Assembly (NCBI GenBank): GCA_002269645.1
Contig: NIVC01002522.1
Location: 62,001-126,000, forward strand
Direction: 5' to 3'
Source of the DNA: Macrostomum lignano
Lineage: Eukaryota
DNA length: 64,000 nt
Shown here: positions 9,790-22,240 of the stretch, piece after piece
How the letters are laid out: every line of letters starts with the position of its first letter
How positions within the stretch are numbered: position 1 is the first letter of the stretch
Notes under the pieces: model-generated
What the model was told of the DNA's origin: nothing
The model's database searches: none
The model's input: only the letters and a program-made list of their open reading frames with translations
Made by a program: the position numbers and the translations under genes

Positions 9790-11010
9790 ATCTCCTCTCT
9801 CTTCTCCTCTCCTCTCTCTCCTCTTTCTCCTCTCTAATCTAATCTTCTCTTCTCTCTCTCTCTTCTCCTCCTCTCCTCTCCATCCTCTCTCTCCCTTCTC
9901 TTTCTCCTCTCCCTCCTCTTTCTCCTCTCTAATCTAATCTCCTCTTCTCTCTCTCTCTTCTCCTCCTCTCCTCTCCATCCTCTCTCTCCCTTCTCTTTCT
10001 CCTCTCCCTCCTCTTTCTCCTCTCTAATCTAATCTCCTCTTCTCTCTCTCTCCTCTCCTCCTCTCCTCTCCCTCCTCTCTCTCCCTTCTCTTTCTCCTCT
10101 CCCTCCTCTTTCTCCTCTCTAATCTAATCTCCTCTTCTCTCTCTCTCTTCTCCTCCTCTCCTCTCCATCCTCTCTCTCCCTTCTCTTTCTCCTCTCCTCC
10201 TCTTTCTCCTCTCTAATCTAATCTCCTCTTCTCTCTCTCTCCTCTCCTCCTCTCCTCTCCCTCCTCTCTCTCCCTTCTCTTTCTCCTTTCTCCTCTCTAA
10301 TCTAATCTCCTCTTCTCTCTCTCTCCTCTCCTCCTCTCCTCTCCCTCCTCTTTCTCCTCTCCCACCTCTCTCTCCTCTCTAATCTAATCTCCTCTTCTCT
10401 CTCTCCTCTCTCTCCTCTCTAATCTAATCTCCTCTTCTCTCTCTCCTCTCCTCCTCTCCTCTCCCTCCTCTCTCTCCCTTCTCTTTCTCCTCTCCCTCCT
10501 CTTTCTCCTCTCTAATCTAATCTCCTCTTCTCTCTCTCTCTTCTCCTCCTCTCCTCTCCATCCTCTCTCTCCCTTCTCTTTCTCCTCTCCCTCCTCTTTC
10601 TCCTCTCTAATCTAATCTCCTCTTCTCTCTCTCTCCTCTCCTCCTCTCCTCTCCCTCCTCTCTCTCCCTTCTCTTTCTCCTTTCTCCTCTCTAATCTAAT
10701 CTCCTCTTCTCTCTCTCTCCTCTCCTCCTCTCCTCTCCCTCCTCTTTCTCCTCTCCCACCTCTCTCTCCTCTCTAATCTAATCTCCTCTTCTCTCTCTCC
10801 TCTCTCTCCTCTCTAATCTAATCTCCTCTTCTCTCTCTCCTCTCCTCCTCTCCTCTCCCTCCTCTCTCTCTCCTCTCTCCTCTCTCCTCTCTCCTCCTCT
10901 CTCTCCTCTTTCCTCTCTCTCCTCTCCTCGTCTCTCTCCTCTCTTCGCTCCTCTCCTCCTGTCTCTCCTCTCCTCTCTCTCCTCTCATCCTCTCCCACCT
11001 TTCTCTCTTT
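9790..11010. repeat. CT-rich array punctuated by CTAATCTAAT
   Basis: Visible low-complexity higher-order repeat. Confidence 0.92.
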
Positions 11011-11537
11011 TCCCTCCGCTCCCTCCTACCCCCCCCCCCTGCTCACACTCCTCTCCTCAGCTGCCTGATCCCAGCCACTATTCTGCAATCGGCAAGGAGC
11101 TGACGCAAGTGCTATAGCATGCCCCTCCCGCATAATTTGATCCATAATTGCAGGACAAAGAGTTTACAGCTCTCCATCTCAAAGTTGAGCGGGACGCACC
11201 TGCCGCAAGGTTTGCTGGTCTCTGCTAGTGCATCATCAAGCAGGCGGATCTGCCTTCAAGTCAAAGAAGCCGACAGCTGATTGGCTTATTAATTATTTTT
11301 TACAGAATTAATTGTCATACATTGCACTCAAATTGAGCTCCACATTATCCTCCGTATTAGCCTGCGCGGATTAGTCTTTGTTCCCAGCCTAGCGGGCTTG
11401 AAGGAATAGAGCTTGATTCTACACTGCAATGACCTTGCAGTGACCCTGGCCTACCAATCAACCAGACCTGCAAAGCCTATAATAACTCTGAGTCTTTGTT
11501 CCAGAATCATCCGCGTGCGTTATTATATAATTAGAGC

Positions 11538-12510
11538 ATGTCCCATTCTATCTCATTGCATGTCCCATTCTATCTCATTGCATGTCCCATTCTATCTCAT
11601 TCCATGTCCCATTCTATCTCATTGCATGTCCCATTCTATCTCATTGCATGTCCCATTCTATCTCATTGCATGTCCCATTCTATCTCATTCCATGTCCCAT
11701 TCTATCTCATTGCATGTCCCATTCTATCTCATTGCATGTCCCATTCTATCTCATTGCATGTCCCATTCTATCTCATTCCATGTCCCATTCTATCTCATTG
11801 CATGTCCCATTCTATCTCATTCCATGTCCCATTCTATCTCATTCCATGTCCCATTCTATCTCATTGCATGTCCCATTCTATCTCATTGCATGTCCCATTC
11901 TATCTTATTCCATGTCCCATCATATCTCACTCCATGTCCCATTCTATCTCATTGCATGTCCCATTCTATCTCATTCCATGTCCCATTCTATCTCATTGCA
12001 TGTCCCATTCTATCTCATTGCATGTCCCATTCTATCTCATTGCATGTCCCATTCTATCTCATTCCATGTCCCATTCTATCTCATTGCATGTCCCATTCTA
12101 TCTCATTCCATGTCCCATTCTATCTCATTCCATGTCCCATTCTATCTCATTGCATGTCCCATTCTATCTTATTCCATGTCCCATTCTATCTCATTCCAGT
12201 TCCCATCATATCTCACTCCATTTCCCATTCTATCTCACTCCATGTCCCATCATATCTCATTCCATTTCCCATTCTATCTCACTCCATGTCCCATCATATC
12301 TCATTCCAGTTCCCATTCGATCTCACTCCATTTCCCATTCTATCTCATTCCATGTCCCATCATATCTCACTCCATTTCCCATTCTATCTCACTCCATGTC
12401 CCATCATATCTCATTCCATTTCCCATTCTATCTCACTCCATGTCCCATCATATCTCATTCCAGTTCCCATTCGATCTCATTCCAGTTCCCATTCTATCTC
12501 ATTCCATTCC
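11538..12510. repeat. 22-bp minisatellite (CATGTCCCATTCTATCTCATTG/C)n
   Basis: Visible tandem units, more degenerate at the 3' end. Confidence 0.95.
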
Positions 12511-13189
12511 TACTTGGCATTGATGCGGATCAATGTCTTACCTCACGCTTGGCAACGCATACACAATGACAGATGCAATGCTTCAACGCTGTGACCTCAT
12601 CCATTTGTGCTACGAGTTAAAAGCCCATCAAAGCATCGATAAGACCTCCATGAACTCGATTCGGCATGCTTTCGGATAATCATCTGTGGCATTCTCGAGT
12701 TGATGCCAAATCTAGCCCAGACTCTTTTTGTTCTGAGCCACTCGACTGACAGAATTAGAGTTCCTTTGTTTTCGGGGAGCACTTGGGGGGTGGGGGGTTA
12801 GGAGGGGAGGACATAAAGAAGTCACAACTGACAGAGAGAAAGTGGCTTCTCACTATCTCACTATTACGTAATCCTCAGATTTATTCAAGCCGATGTGGTT
12901 GCCGTAAAGCCCACGAAATCTCCCATTGATGGCATGCATCCAGACTGGGATTAAAAAAAGCAAGTAAAGCGAAAAAACATAACTCAATGCACCCTGTGAG
13001 TCACGTGGCATTAAAGACATTTAGAAACCGCTGACACTCATATGACAATCTCTGGGGGAATGAGGTGGTGCAGAGGGATGAGAATAGCTAAAATAGAACA
13101 ATGAGCCCCTGGGAGTGCTGCAGTGGGACAACCATGGATGAGAAGGGATCATACAGCTCCGGTAACAAGAGAAAAGAGGAAAAGAGAAA

Positions 13190-14000
13190 AGATGGGAGAG
13201 GAAACAGGAGAGAGTGGGAGAGGACACAGGAGAGAGAGGGAGAGGACACAGGAGAGAGAGGGAGAGGACACAGGAGAGAGAGGGAGAGGACACTGGAGAG
13301 AGTGGGAGAGGACACAGGAGAGAGAGGGAGAGGACACAGGAGAGAGAGGGAGAGGACACAGGAGAGAGTGGGAGAGGACACAGGAGAGAGTGGGAGAGGA
13401 CACAGGAGAGAGAGGGAGAGGACACAGGAGAGAGAGGGAGAGGACACTGGAGAGAGTGGGAGAGGACACAGGAGAGAGTGGGAGAGGACACAGGAGAGAG
13501 TGGGAGAGGACACAGGAGAGAGTGGGAGAGGACACAGGAGAGTGGGAGAGGACACAGGAGAGAGTGGGAGAGGACACAGGAGAGAGTGGGAGAGGACACA
13601 GGAGAGAGTGGGAGAGGACACAAGAGAGAGTGGGAGAGGACACAAGAGAGAGTGGGAGAGGACACAAGAGAGAGTGGGAGAGGACACAAGAGAGAGTGGG
13701 AGAGGACACAAGAGAGAGTGGGAGAGGACACAGGAGAGAGTGGGAGAGGACACAGGAGAGAGTGGGAGAGGACACAAGAGAGAGTGGGAGAGGACACAAG
13801 AGAGAGTGGGAGAGGACACAAGAGAGAGTGGGAGAGGACACAGGAGAGAGTGGGAGAGGACACAGGAGAGAGTGGGAGAGGACACAGGAGAGAGTGGGAG
13901 AGGACACATGAGAAAGAGGGAGAGGACACAGGAGAAAGAGGGAGAGGACACAGGAGAAAGAGGGAGAGGACACAGGAGAGAGTGGAAGAGGACACAGGAG
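13190..14000. repeat. 22-bp minisatellite (GAGAGGACACAGGAGAGAGTGG)n
   Basis: Visible tandem units. Confidence 0.95.
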
Positions 14001-14859
14001 AGATCAGACACAGAATGGATGGAGATATATAAGTCACAGACACTCAGCAAGCGGTTCACAGCAGCCAGAAAAGAATATTTACAAGCAGACACAAAGCAAG
14101 TTTCCTAAGACTGTTGTAACGCAAGCAGGTATCAAGCCATATTGATTGCTTGACTTCGTGAGCGGACCAACCCCAGAGGAGATTAACAATAGCAACTTAT
14201 TAGACAGCTTATCTGCCGGCAGTTATTGCACAACCGCAACTGTGGCAGATGAGTAAGAGCATTAAGCCACAGATATTTGCAATCACACGCAATCAGAGAC
14301 GTGCGCCATTGAGCAACCGACTCACCCAAAATTACAGTTCGCAGCCTTAGTAACTAAAATTCTAGCTCGGAACTGTCTATAAGCTTTGAACAAATAAGCC
14401 TACTCAAGCCAGCTCACGATTGAATCTGAAAGTTGAGCAATCAGCTTATCAGCTGGGGCAGCCCCAACCTCTGGCTCTAACTTCCTGATTGCAGCACAGA
14501 ATTTATCAGCTGAGAGTATTTAGCCAGGCGATTTGCTACTTAGATAAAGAGTTGACTGAAATTGTGGTTGTAAAACTGCCATTTGAATTCGTATTCAGTT
14601 TCTTTCTGATCGCTTAGAAAATACGCGAATAATTTCATTACTCCGCTGTCAGTAGAGCGCAGCGAATGAGAATGCTAAATTTAGGTCTGTCTCAAGGTTA
14701 TAATTAGCAGTGATAGGAGCTGTAATGGAGAATGAACATGTGTTAGATGTTCCAGAAAGATTCATAAAAATCGCTGGCAGAGTATCGCCCTCCCAAGAGA
14801 TCGCCATTCGACCTCCCATAGAGGGTCGCTCCAAGAAATCCAATGTACGATCGCCCTCC

Positions 14860-15186
14860 ATAAAAACGCCCCTCCCAGAAAATCGCCCACCAAAAATCGC
14901 CCTCCTTAAAATCGCCCCTCCCTTAGAAAATCGCCCTCCAGAAAATCGCCCTCCAGAAAATCGCCCGTCCCTTAGAAAATCGCCCTCCAGAAAATCGCCC
15001 TCCTGAAAATCGCCCCTCCCTTAGAAAATCGCCCTCCAGAAAATCGCCCTCCAGAAAATCGCCCTCCAGAAAATCGCCCTCCAGAAAATCGCCCTCCAGA
15101 AAATCGCCCTCCAGAAAATCGCCCTCCTGAAAATCGCCCTCCAGAAAATCGCCCTCCAGAAAATCGCCCTCCAGAAAATCGCCCCA
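14860..15186. repeat. 15-bp tandem repeat (GAAAATCGCCCTCCA)n
   Basis: Visible tandem units. Confidence 0.92.
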
Positions 15187-15734
15187 GAACCGTCAGAACC
15201 CCTAGTGGACTGCAGTATATCTGCTGGGTGACCTTGGCAAGATTTGCAAGCCCGGATGCTAAAGATTTTGGCAGTGCATTTCCTACACAAACAACTACAC
15301 TGCGCAGGTGTGTATAGCAGGGGGTTTCTGTTTTTGCAGCTAGTCAGTTTCCAATGGCAACCGCATAAAATTAACCGGGCTGCCTGAATTCAGGCAAACA
15401 GGTCTAAATAAATAGAAGTTAAAAGCCAGGCTCGCACATGCAGTCACCTTTTTTTCTCGAGTTGTCACAGATACTACAGAGAAGTCTGAGGGAATGTCTC
15501 TATGGCAACCGTGGCCGCGGCCGGGGCCGGCATCTGCTTGCAGCCTGCTCGACTTGAGTCACCTGGGCCCAAGTTCGAAGCGGCGCTTCCCAGTGGCGCC
15601 GGATGGTTCGAGTTCCTTTGAATATTTGTACTCTTATAAGTGGCTAATTCGAGATATAAAGTTGTGCATTCAATAAAGTGTACATTCATTAGGTTACGGA
15701 AAGTGTTTATGCTGTGTACATTTAAAATCTACGG

Positions 15735-16030
15735 AGGGTGTACATTGTCAAGTGTACATTCAAAAAGCAACAGAGAGTGTACATTGTCAAGTTGAATTCA
15801 AAAAGCAACAGAGAGTGTACATTGTCAAGTGTACATTCAAAAAGCAACAGAGAGTGTACATTGTCAAGTGTACATTTAAAAAGCAACAGAGAGTGTACAT
15901 TGTCAAGTGTACATTCAAAAAGCAACAGAGAGTGTACATTGTCAAGTGTACATTCAAAAAGCAACAGAGAGTGTACATTGTCAAGTGTACATTCAAAAAT
16001 GCAACAGAGGGTGTACATTGCGCAATGTAC
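15735..16030. repeat. 39-bp tandem repeat (GTGTACATTGTCAAGTGTACATTCAAAAAGCAACAGAGA)n
   Basis: About 7 visible copies. Confidence 0.92.
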
Positions 16031-16237
16031 ATTTACCTAGTACAGCTAGGATGTGCAGCACATCGCGCAGTGTACGAGCTACATTTATTACATTCAACAA
16101 AGTACACTTGTACGCTCGTATGTAGGAATGTGCATCATTTAATGTACACTCAACAAACTATAGTGAGGTGCACATTTCTACATTTAAAAAGCTACCGAGA
16201 TTGTTTGTATTTTATTGTATACATGTACATTCTGATG

Positions 16238-16440
16238 AGGGGGTTGTAGCCTAGAGGTTAGAGTGTCGGACTCGTGACCGACAGGTTGTGGGTTCGAATC
16301 TCGGCCCACTTGGAACAATTTGTCCTTGAGCAAGACACTTAACTCTGCATAGCTTCAGTTCACCCAGCTGTAAAATGGGTGCCAGCATTAGCTGGGATAA
16401 TGGAGGCTGTGTGTGGCGACCCCTCCCCCATTCCTTGGAC
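16238..16440 (+). mobile_element. tRNA-derived SINE with a CORE-like central domain
   Basis: Box A TAGCCTAGAGG (16247-16257), box B GGTTCGAATCT (16291-16301), then TGTCCTTGAGCAAGACACTTAAC...CAGCTGTAAAATGGG (16321-16379), which resembles the recalled MIR CORE. 3' end uncertain. Confidence 0.75.
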
Positions 16441-16464
16441 ATTCAAACAACCTGTCTCCCGCAG

Positions 16465-16540
16465 GTCACATTCCGAACTCCATCGTGAGAGCAGTATACG
16501 AACCGTTTGATTCCACGGCAACTATCGATGAGAAGACTGA
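16465..16540 (+). CDS. Candidate internal coding exon (GHIPNSIVRAVYEPFDSTATIDEKTE)
   Basis: Strong acceptor CTGTCTCCCGCAG, open frame, GTGAAT donor in phase 0. Confidence 0.4.
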
Positions 16541-16587
16541 GGTGAATTCAAATCGGCGCATTATACATGTACGCTATATCTAAAAAG

Positions 16588-16608
16588 TGACGTCATTGGC
16601 TATAAATA
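16588..16608 (+). promoter_or_regulatory. CRE plus TATA core promoter
   Basis: TGACGTCA (16588-16595) immediately followed by TTGGC TATAAATA (16601-16608); ATG 39 nt downstream at 16647. Confidence 0.6.
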
Positions 16609-16646
16609 GCAACCCGATATTTATTTGAAAACCGAAGGACCCAACT

Positions 16647-19600
16647 ATGGCGGCCCTGCGCCGACGCCTGATGCAGGCCCGCGCCGACGCGGCCGCCGAT
16701 GCCGCCGCCACCGCCGCCAAGGAAGACGACGACTCGTTCGACGAATTGATCAGCCGATGGAGCTGGGCCGACGATGACGAGGATAAAGACAAAGACAACG
16801 ACAACGACAAGGACAACGAAGACAGAAGAAGCAAATACTGGGAGAAAGTCGATGTCTCAGAGAAAGTCGAGGCGAAGGCGGAGTTGCGACCGCTCGGAGT
16901 CGATTTAATCAGCGCGTTGCCAAGCGCCACTGGCGATCGCGGAAGCGCCGCCAGCCACGCAGTTTGGTTCGAGAAGCCGGTTGCTAGGCAACAGCCCAAG
17001 CTGCCTGACACTGATGAGGCGCCTGCGGCCAAGGCCAAGGCTGAGAACGGAGAGGGGCTCATTCGAGTGGTGAGTTGTTCTCAACTGTCTCACTCTCACC
17101 TGTCTCACTCTCACCTGTCTCACTCTCACCTGTCTCACTCTCACCTATCTCACTCTCACCTATCTCACTCTCACCCGTATAACTCTCACCTGTCTCACTC
17201 TCACCTGTCTCACTCTCACCTGTCTCACTCTCACCTGTCTCACTCTCACCCGTATAACTCTCACCTGTCTCACTCTCACCCGTAATCACTCTCACCTGTC
17301 TCACTCTCACCCGTAATCACTCTCACCTGTCTCACTCTCGCCTGTCTCACTCTCGCCTGTCTCACTCTCACCTGTCTCATTCTCACCTGTCTCACTCTCA
17401 CTCGTATCACTCTCACCTGTCTCACTCTCGCCTGTCTCACTCTCGCCTGTCTCACTCTCGCCTGTCTTACTCTCGCCTGTCTCACTCTCACCTGTCTCAC
17501 TCTCACCTGTCCTCACTCTCACCTGTCTCACTCTCACCTATCTCACTCTTAACTATCTAACTCTCACCTATCTCACTCTCACCTATCTCACTCTCACCTG
17601 TCTCACTCTCACCTGTCTCACTCTCACCTGTCTCACTCTCACCTGTCTCACTCTCACGTATCTCACTCTCACCTGTCTCACTCTCACCCGTAATCACTCT
17701 CACCTGTCTCACTCTCACTCGTATCACTCTCACCTGTCTCACTCTCGCCTGTCTCACTCTCACCTGTCTCACTCTCGCCTGTCTCACTCTCACCTGTCTC
17801 ACTCTCACCCGTAATCACTCTCACCTGTCTCACTCTCACTCGTATCACTCTCGCCTGTCTCACTCTCGCCTGTCTCACTCTCACCTGTCTCACTCTCACC
17901 TGTCTCACTCTCACCCGTAATCACTCTCAATTGTCTCACTCTCGCCTGTCTCACTCTCGCCTGTCTCACTCTCGCCTGTCTCACTCTCGCCTGTCTCACT
18001 CTCACATGCTGTTTTCACAAATCACTCTTAAAGTGATTCAATCAAACCATTCTCAACTTTGGTCACCCTCACGTGAAAGCTTAATCTGTGTAACATTATA
18101 TTCAATACTACTCCTGGCTATTAGTACATACGAATGACACAATCTTCATCACAGGAGGGTTCGAAACGGGCAATAGAAGACAACGGAGCCGTACCGAAGA
18201 CCGCCGACACCATCAGGACTGTCCAGGATGGCGGCGCGTCAGCTGACCTTCTGTCAGACTCCGCCACAGCTTCCGCAACCGTCAAAGCGGCCTCATCAAC
18301 CACAGACGACGACCGCGACTGGCACGGCGGCGTTGTTGGAGTCGAAGTTCGCTACGGCGGCGGCGCTGGAGTCCAGGTGGACGGCAATCTCGACGACTGG
18401 GAGCTGCGGCTGGTGGCTGAGGCCGCTGAACCGGGCCTCAATGAAGCTGGCGACGAGAGGGACGGCTCGAGTTTTGCTGGGCTGGTGCGTGAGAAAACAA
18501 ACTGACTGACTGACTGACTGACTGACTGACTGACTGACTGACTGACTGACTGACTGACTGACTGACTGACTGACTGACTGACTGACTGACTGACTGACTG
18601 ACTGACTGACTGACTGACTGACTGACTGACTGACTGACTGACTGACTGACTGACTGACTGACTGACTGACTGACTGACTGACTGACTGACTGACTGACTG
18701 ACTGACTGACTGACTGACTGACTGACTGACTGACTGACTGACTGACTGACTGACTGACTGACTGACTGACTGACTGACTGACTGACTGACTGACTGACTG
18801 ACTGACTGACTGACTGACTGACTGACTGACTGACTGACTGACTGACTGACTGACTGACTGACTGACTGACTGACTGACTGACTGACTGACTGACTAACTG
18901 ACTGACTGACTGACTGACTGACTGACTGACTGACTGACTGACTGACTGACTGACTGACTGACTGACTGACTGACTAGCCAACTAACTAGCTAACTAGCTA
19001 AAAAAGTTGCGATTGAAAAACCAGCAAGTCATTAATAAATGCTTGAACTTGATGTTTATCCAGTCAGGGCCAGTGTCCGCAGCAGTGGCCGACCTACAAG
19101 ACGAATTTTGTGCTCCAGTGGACTCAACAGCGGGATTCCCGCCGCCACCGACTTCTCAACGGGGCTCGGCTCAGCGGGTGACTTCGCGCCCAAGCCAGCG
19201 ACCCGCTCGAGTGTCTGGAGGCTCGGCTGTCCCAGTAGCCGGCATGTACGAGTAAGATTAAATTAGTTTATTCCTAATTAGTATCTCCAACTGCTTGTAC
19301 AGTGCTTGCACCTGCCCTGCCGACAGTCTGATGGGCGACCACCGGCTCAAGAAGCTGCTGCTGAGTCTGCCGAAAATCCGACCGCCGGACCTGCGGGCGA
19401 TTGCGGCTCGACTTTTGAGGGCTAGGGACAGACGCAGGATCAGGTGACACGGGAAGGGGGGAAATGGGTACTCAGCCTCAGTCACCACTCAAGCAGAGAG
19501 TCTGGAGGTCAGTAACCCCACTCACCTATAGAGCCTGGAGGTCAGTGACCCCACTCACCTGGAGAGCCTGGAGGACAATGACCCCACTCACCTATAGAGC

Positions 19601-20894
19601 CTGGAGGTCAGTGACCCCACTCACCTAGAGAGCCTTGAGGTCAGTGACCCCACTCACTTATAGAGCCTGGAGGTCAGTGACCCCACTCACCTATAGAGCC
19701 TGGAGGACAATGACCCCACTCACCTAGAGAGCCTGGAGGTCAGTGACCCCACTCACCTAGAGAGCCTTGAGGTCAGTGACCCCACTCACCTATAGAGCCT
19801 GGAGGTCAGTGACCCCACTCACCTGGAGAGCCTGGAGGTCAGTGACCCCACTCACCTATAGAGCCTGGAGGACAATGACCCCACTCACCTAGAGGGCCTG
19901 GAGGTCAGTGACCCCACTCACCTATAGAGCCTGGAGGTCAGTGACCCCACTCACCTGGAGAGCCTGGAGGACAATGACCCCACTCACCTGGAGAGCCTGG
20001 AGGTCAGTGACCCCACTCACCTAGAGAGCCTTGAGGTCAGTGACCCCACTCACCTATAGAGCCTGGAGGTCAGTGACCCCACTCACCTGGAGAGCCTGGA
20101 GGTCAGTGACCCCACTCACCTATAGAGCCTGGAGGTCAGTGACCCCACTCACCTGGAGAGCCTGGAGGTCAGTGACCCCACTCACCTATAGAGCCTGGAG
20201 GTCAGTGACCCCACTCACCTGGAGAGCCTGGAGGTCAGTGACCCCACTCACCTATAGAGCCTGGAGGACAATGACCCCACTCACCTAGAGAGCCTGGAGG
20301 TCAGTGACCCCACTCACCTATAGAGCCTGGAGGTCAGTGACCCCACTCACCTGGAGAGCCTGGAGGACAATGACCCCACTCACCTGGAGAGCCTGGAGGA
20401 CAGGGACAAAAAACTCACCCGAAAGTCTCTCGGAGATCCAACCAGTGTAGAAACCCCAACGGCAAAAAGATCAAAGGCAGCTTCCTTGTCCCCAAGGCAA
20501 TGCATTGAGAAGATCTGTGATCACCTCCGCTTTCTGCAGCCGCGCCTCTCAGACTGGCTCGTCGCCGCCGCACTTGGCGAGTGCTTCGGACTTGTCAGTC
20601 GGCCTTGATGACGGCTTTCGACTCTCCCGAAAACGCCTGCCGGCTGCTGCTCAGGAATTCGCCGAAGCGGCAACGTCAAGAACTTCAGTGACGGCGGCGC
20701 CCGCCTGCGGCGTCTGGGACGATTGGCACCGCGCATCGGCCGGCTGGCCCGGACACTGTCCGATGGAGCGGCTGGCCAGGCGAGGCCTGAACCGGACAGT
20801 CGGTCTGTCGCCGGTGCCGCACCTGGCGCGAGAGCAGCTGCTGCGCCGGCTGCAGATGCAGCTGGCCGCGTCAGCGACTGCCGGGCGGTGGTAG
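16647..20894 (+). CDS. Five-exon gene, 478-aa low-complexity protein of unknown function
   Basis: Exons 16647-17069, 18155-18484, 19064-19251, 19303-19443, 20540-20894. All introns are GT-AG with matching phases 0,0,2,2. Total 1437 nt, open to TAG. Confidence 0.65.
17085..18005. repeat. 15-bp minisatellite (TCTCACTCTCACCTG)n in intron 1
   Basis: Visible tandem units. Confidence 0.95.
18501..18975. repeat. (ACTG)n microsatellite in intron 2
   Basis: Near-perfect tetranucleotide run. Confidence 0.98.
19495..20400. repeat. 33-bp minisatellite (AGAGCCTGGAGGTCAGTGACCCCACTCACCTAT)n in intron 4
   Basis: Visible tandem units. Confidence 0.95.
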
Positions 20895-20899
20895 CTGAG

Positions 20900-21100
20900 G
20901 AGATGGCGGCTCAGGTGGCGGTGATGGCGGCTCAGGTGGCGGTGATGGCGGCTCAGGTGGCGGTGATGGCGGCTCAGGTGGCGGAGGAGGCACGCAGTGA
21001 AGATGGCGGAGGAGGCACGCAGTGAAGATGGCAGAGGAGGCAGTGAAGATGGCAGAGGAGGCAGTGAAGATGGCAGAGGAGGCAGTGAAGATGGCGGACT
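20900..21100. repeat. Two short 21-bp GC-rich tandem repeats just after the stop codon
   Basis: (GATGGCGGCTCAGGTGGCGGT)n then (GATGGCAGAGGAGGCAGTGAA)n. Confidence 0.85.
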
Positions 21101-21469
21101 GCAGTGAAATGTCTTAAAAATGCTACAATGGCTTCATTGCAGAGCAACATGTTTAGGTGCAAGAAATGACCTTCAGATGCTCTGTTGACCTTAATATTTA
21201 TTTACTTCCTATTTATATCTTGATTATAGCTTCAATATTTCAGTCTCCTGTTTCCGACCTCGCCGTTACCCTTATGCACGCCTGTTCTAGCAACTGATGC
21301 AGCAATGGTATTTTAATTACTGTGCACCTGTAATTGCATGCTGTAGCTACGGAGGAGAGAGAGACTGCTACGAGACTGATTGTTATTTGTAGACCTCTGC
21401 AAAGCATAGGCGAGAGGGTCAACAAAAAGTGTTAAATATAGGGAGTGAGGCCCCTCAACTAAATCAGTG

Positions 21470-22240
21470 TTATTCACCTAAATCATTGTCACTCACCTAA
21501 ATCCTCTAAATCAGTGTCACTCCCCTTAATCACTGTTACTCAACTACGAGAATCAGTGTCTCTCTCACCTAAATCAGTGTCTCTCTCACCCCAATCAGTG
21601 TCACTATCACCTCAATCAGTGTCACTATCACCTCAATCAGTGTCTCTCAACTAAATCAGTGTCACTCCCCTAAATCACTGTTACTCACCTACGAGAATCA
21701 GTGTCTCTCTCACCTAAATCAGTGTCTCTCTCACCTCAATCAGTGTCACTCAACTAAATCAGTGTCACTCTCCTAAACCACTGTTACTCAATTACGAGAA
21801 TCAGTGTCTCTCTCACCTCATTCAGTGTCTCTCTCACCTCAATCAGTGTCTCTCTCTCACTTAAATCAGTGTCTCTCTCACCCCAATCAGTGTCTCTCTC
21901 ACCTCAATCAGTGTCTCTCTCACCTCAATCAGTGTCTCTCTCACCTCGATCAGTGTCTCTCTCACCTCAATCAGTGTCTCTCTCACCTAAATCAGTGTCA
22001 CTCCCCTAAATCACTGTTACTCACCTACGAGAATCAGTGTCTCTCTCACCTACGAGAATCAGTGTCTCTCTCACCTAAATCAGTGTCTCTCTCACCCCAA
22101 TCAGTGTCACTATCACCTCAATCAGTGTCTCTCTCACCTAAATTAGTGTCTCTCCCCTAAATCAGTGTCTCTCTCACCTAAACCAGTGTCTCTCTCACCT
22201 CAATCAGTGTCTCTCTCACCTAAATCAGTGTCACTCAACT
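21470..22240. repeat. ~21-bp degenerate minisatellite (AATCAGTGTCTCTCTCACCTC)n
   Basis: Visible tandem units. Confidence 0.9.

Noticed and set aside
16238-16312. tRNA gene
   Set aside because: A and B boxes are present but the T-stem and acceptor stem do not pair, and the sequence continues into a CORE-like SINE body.
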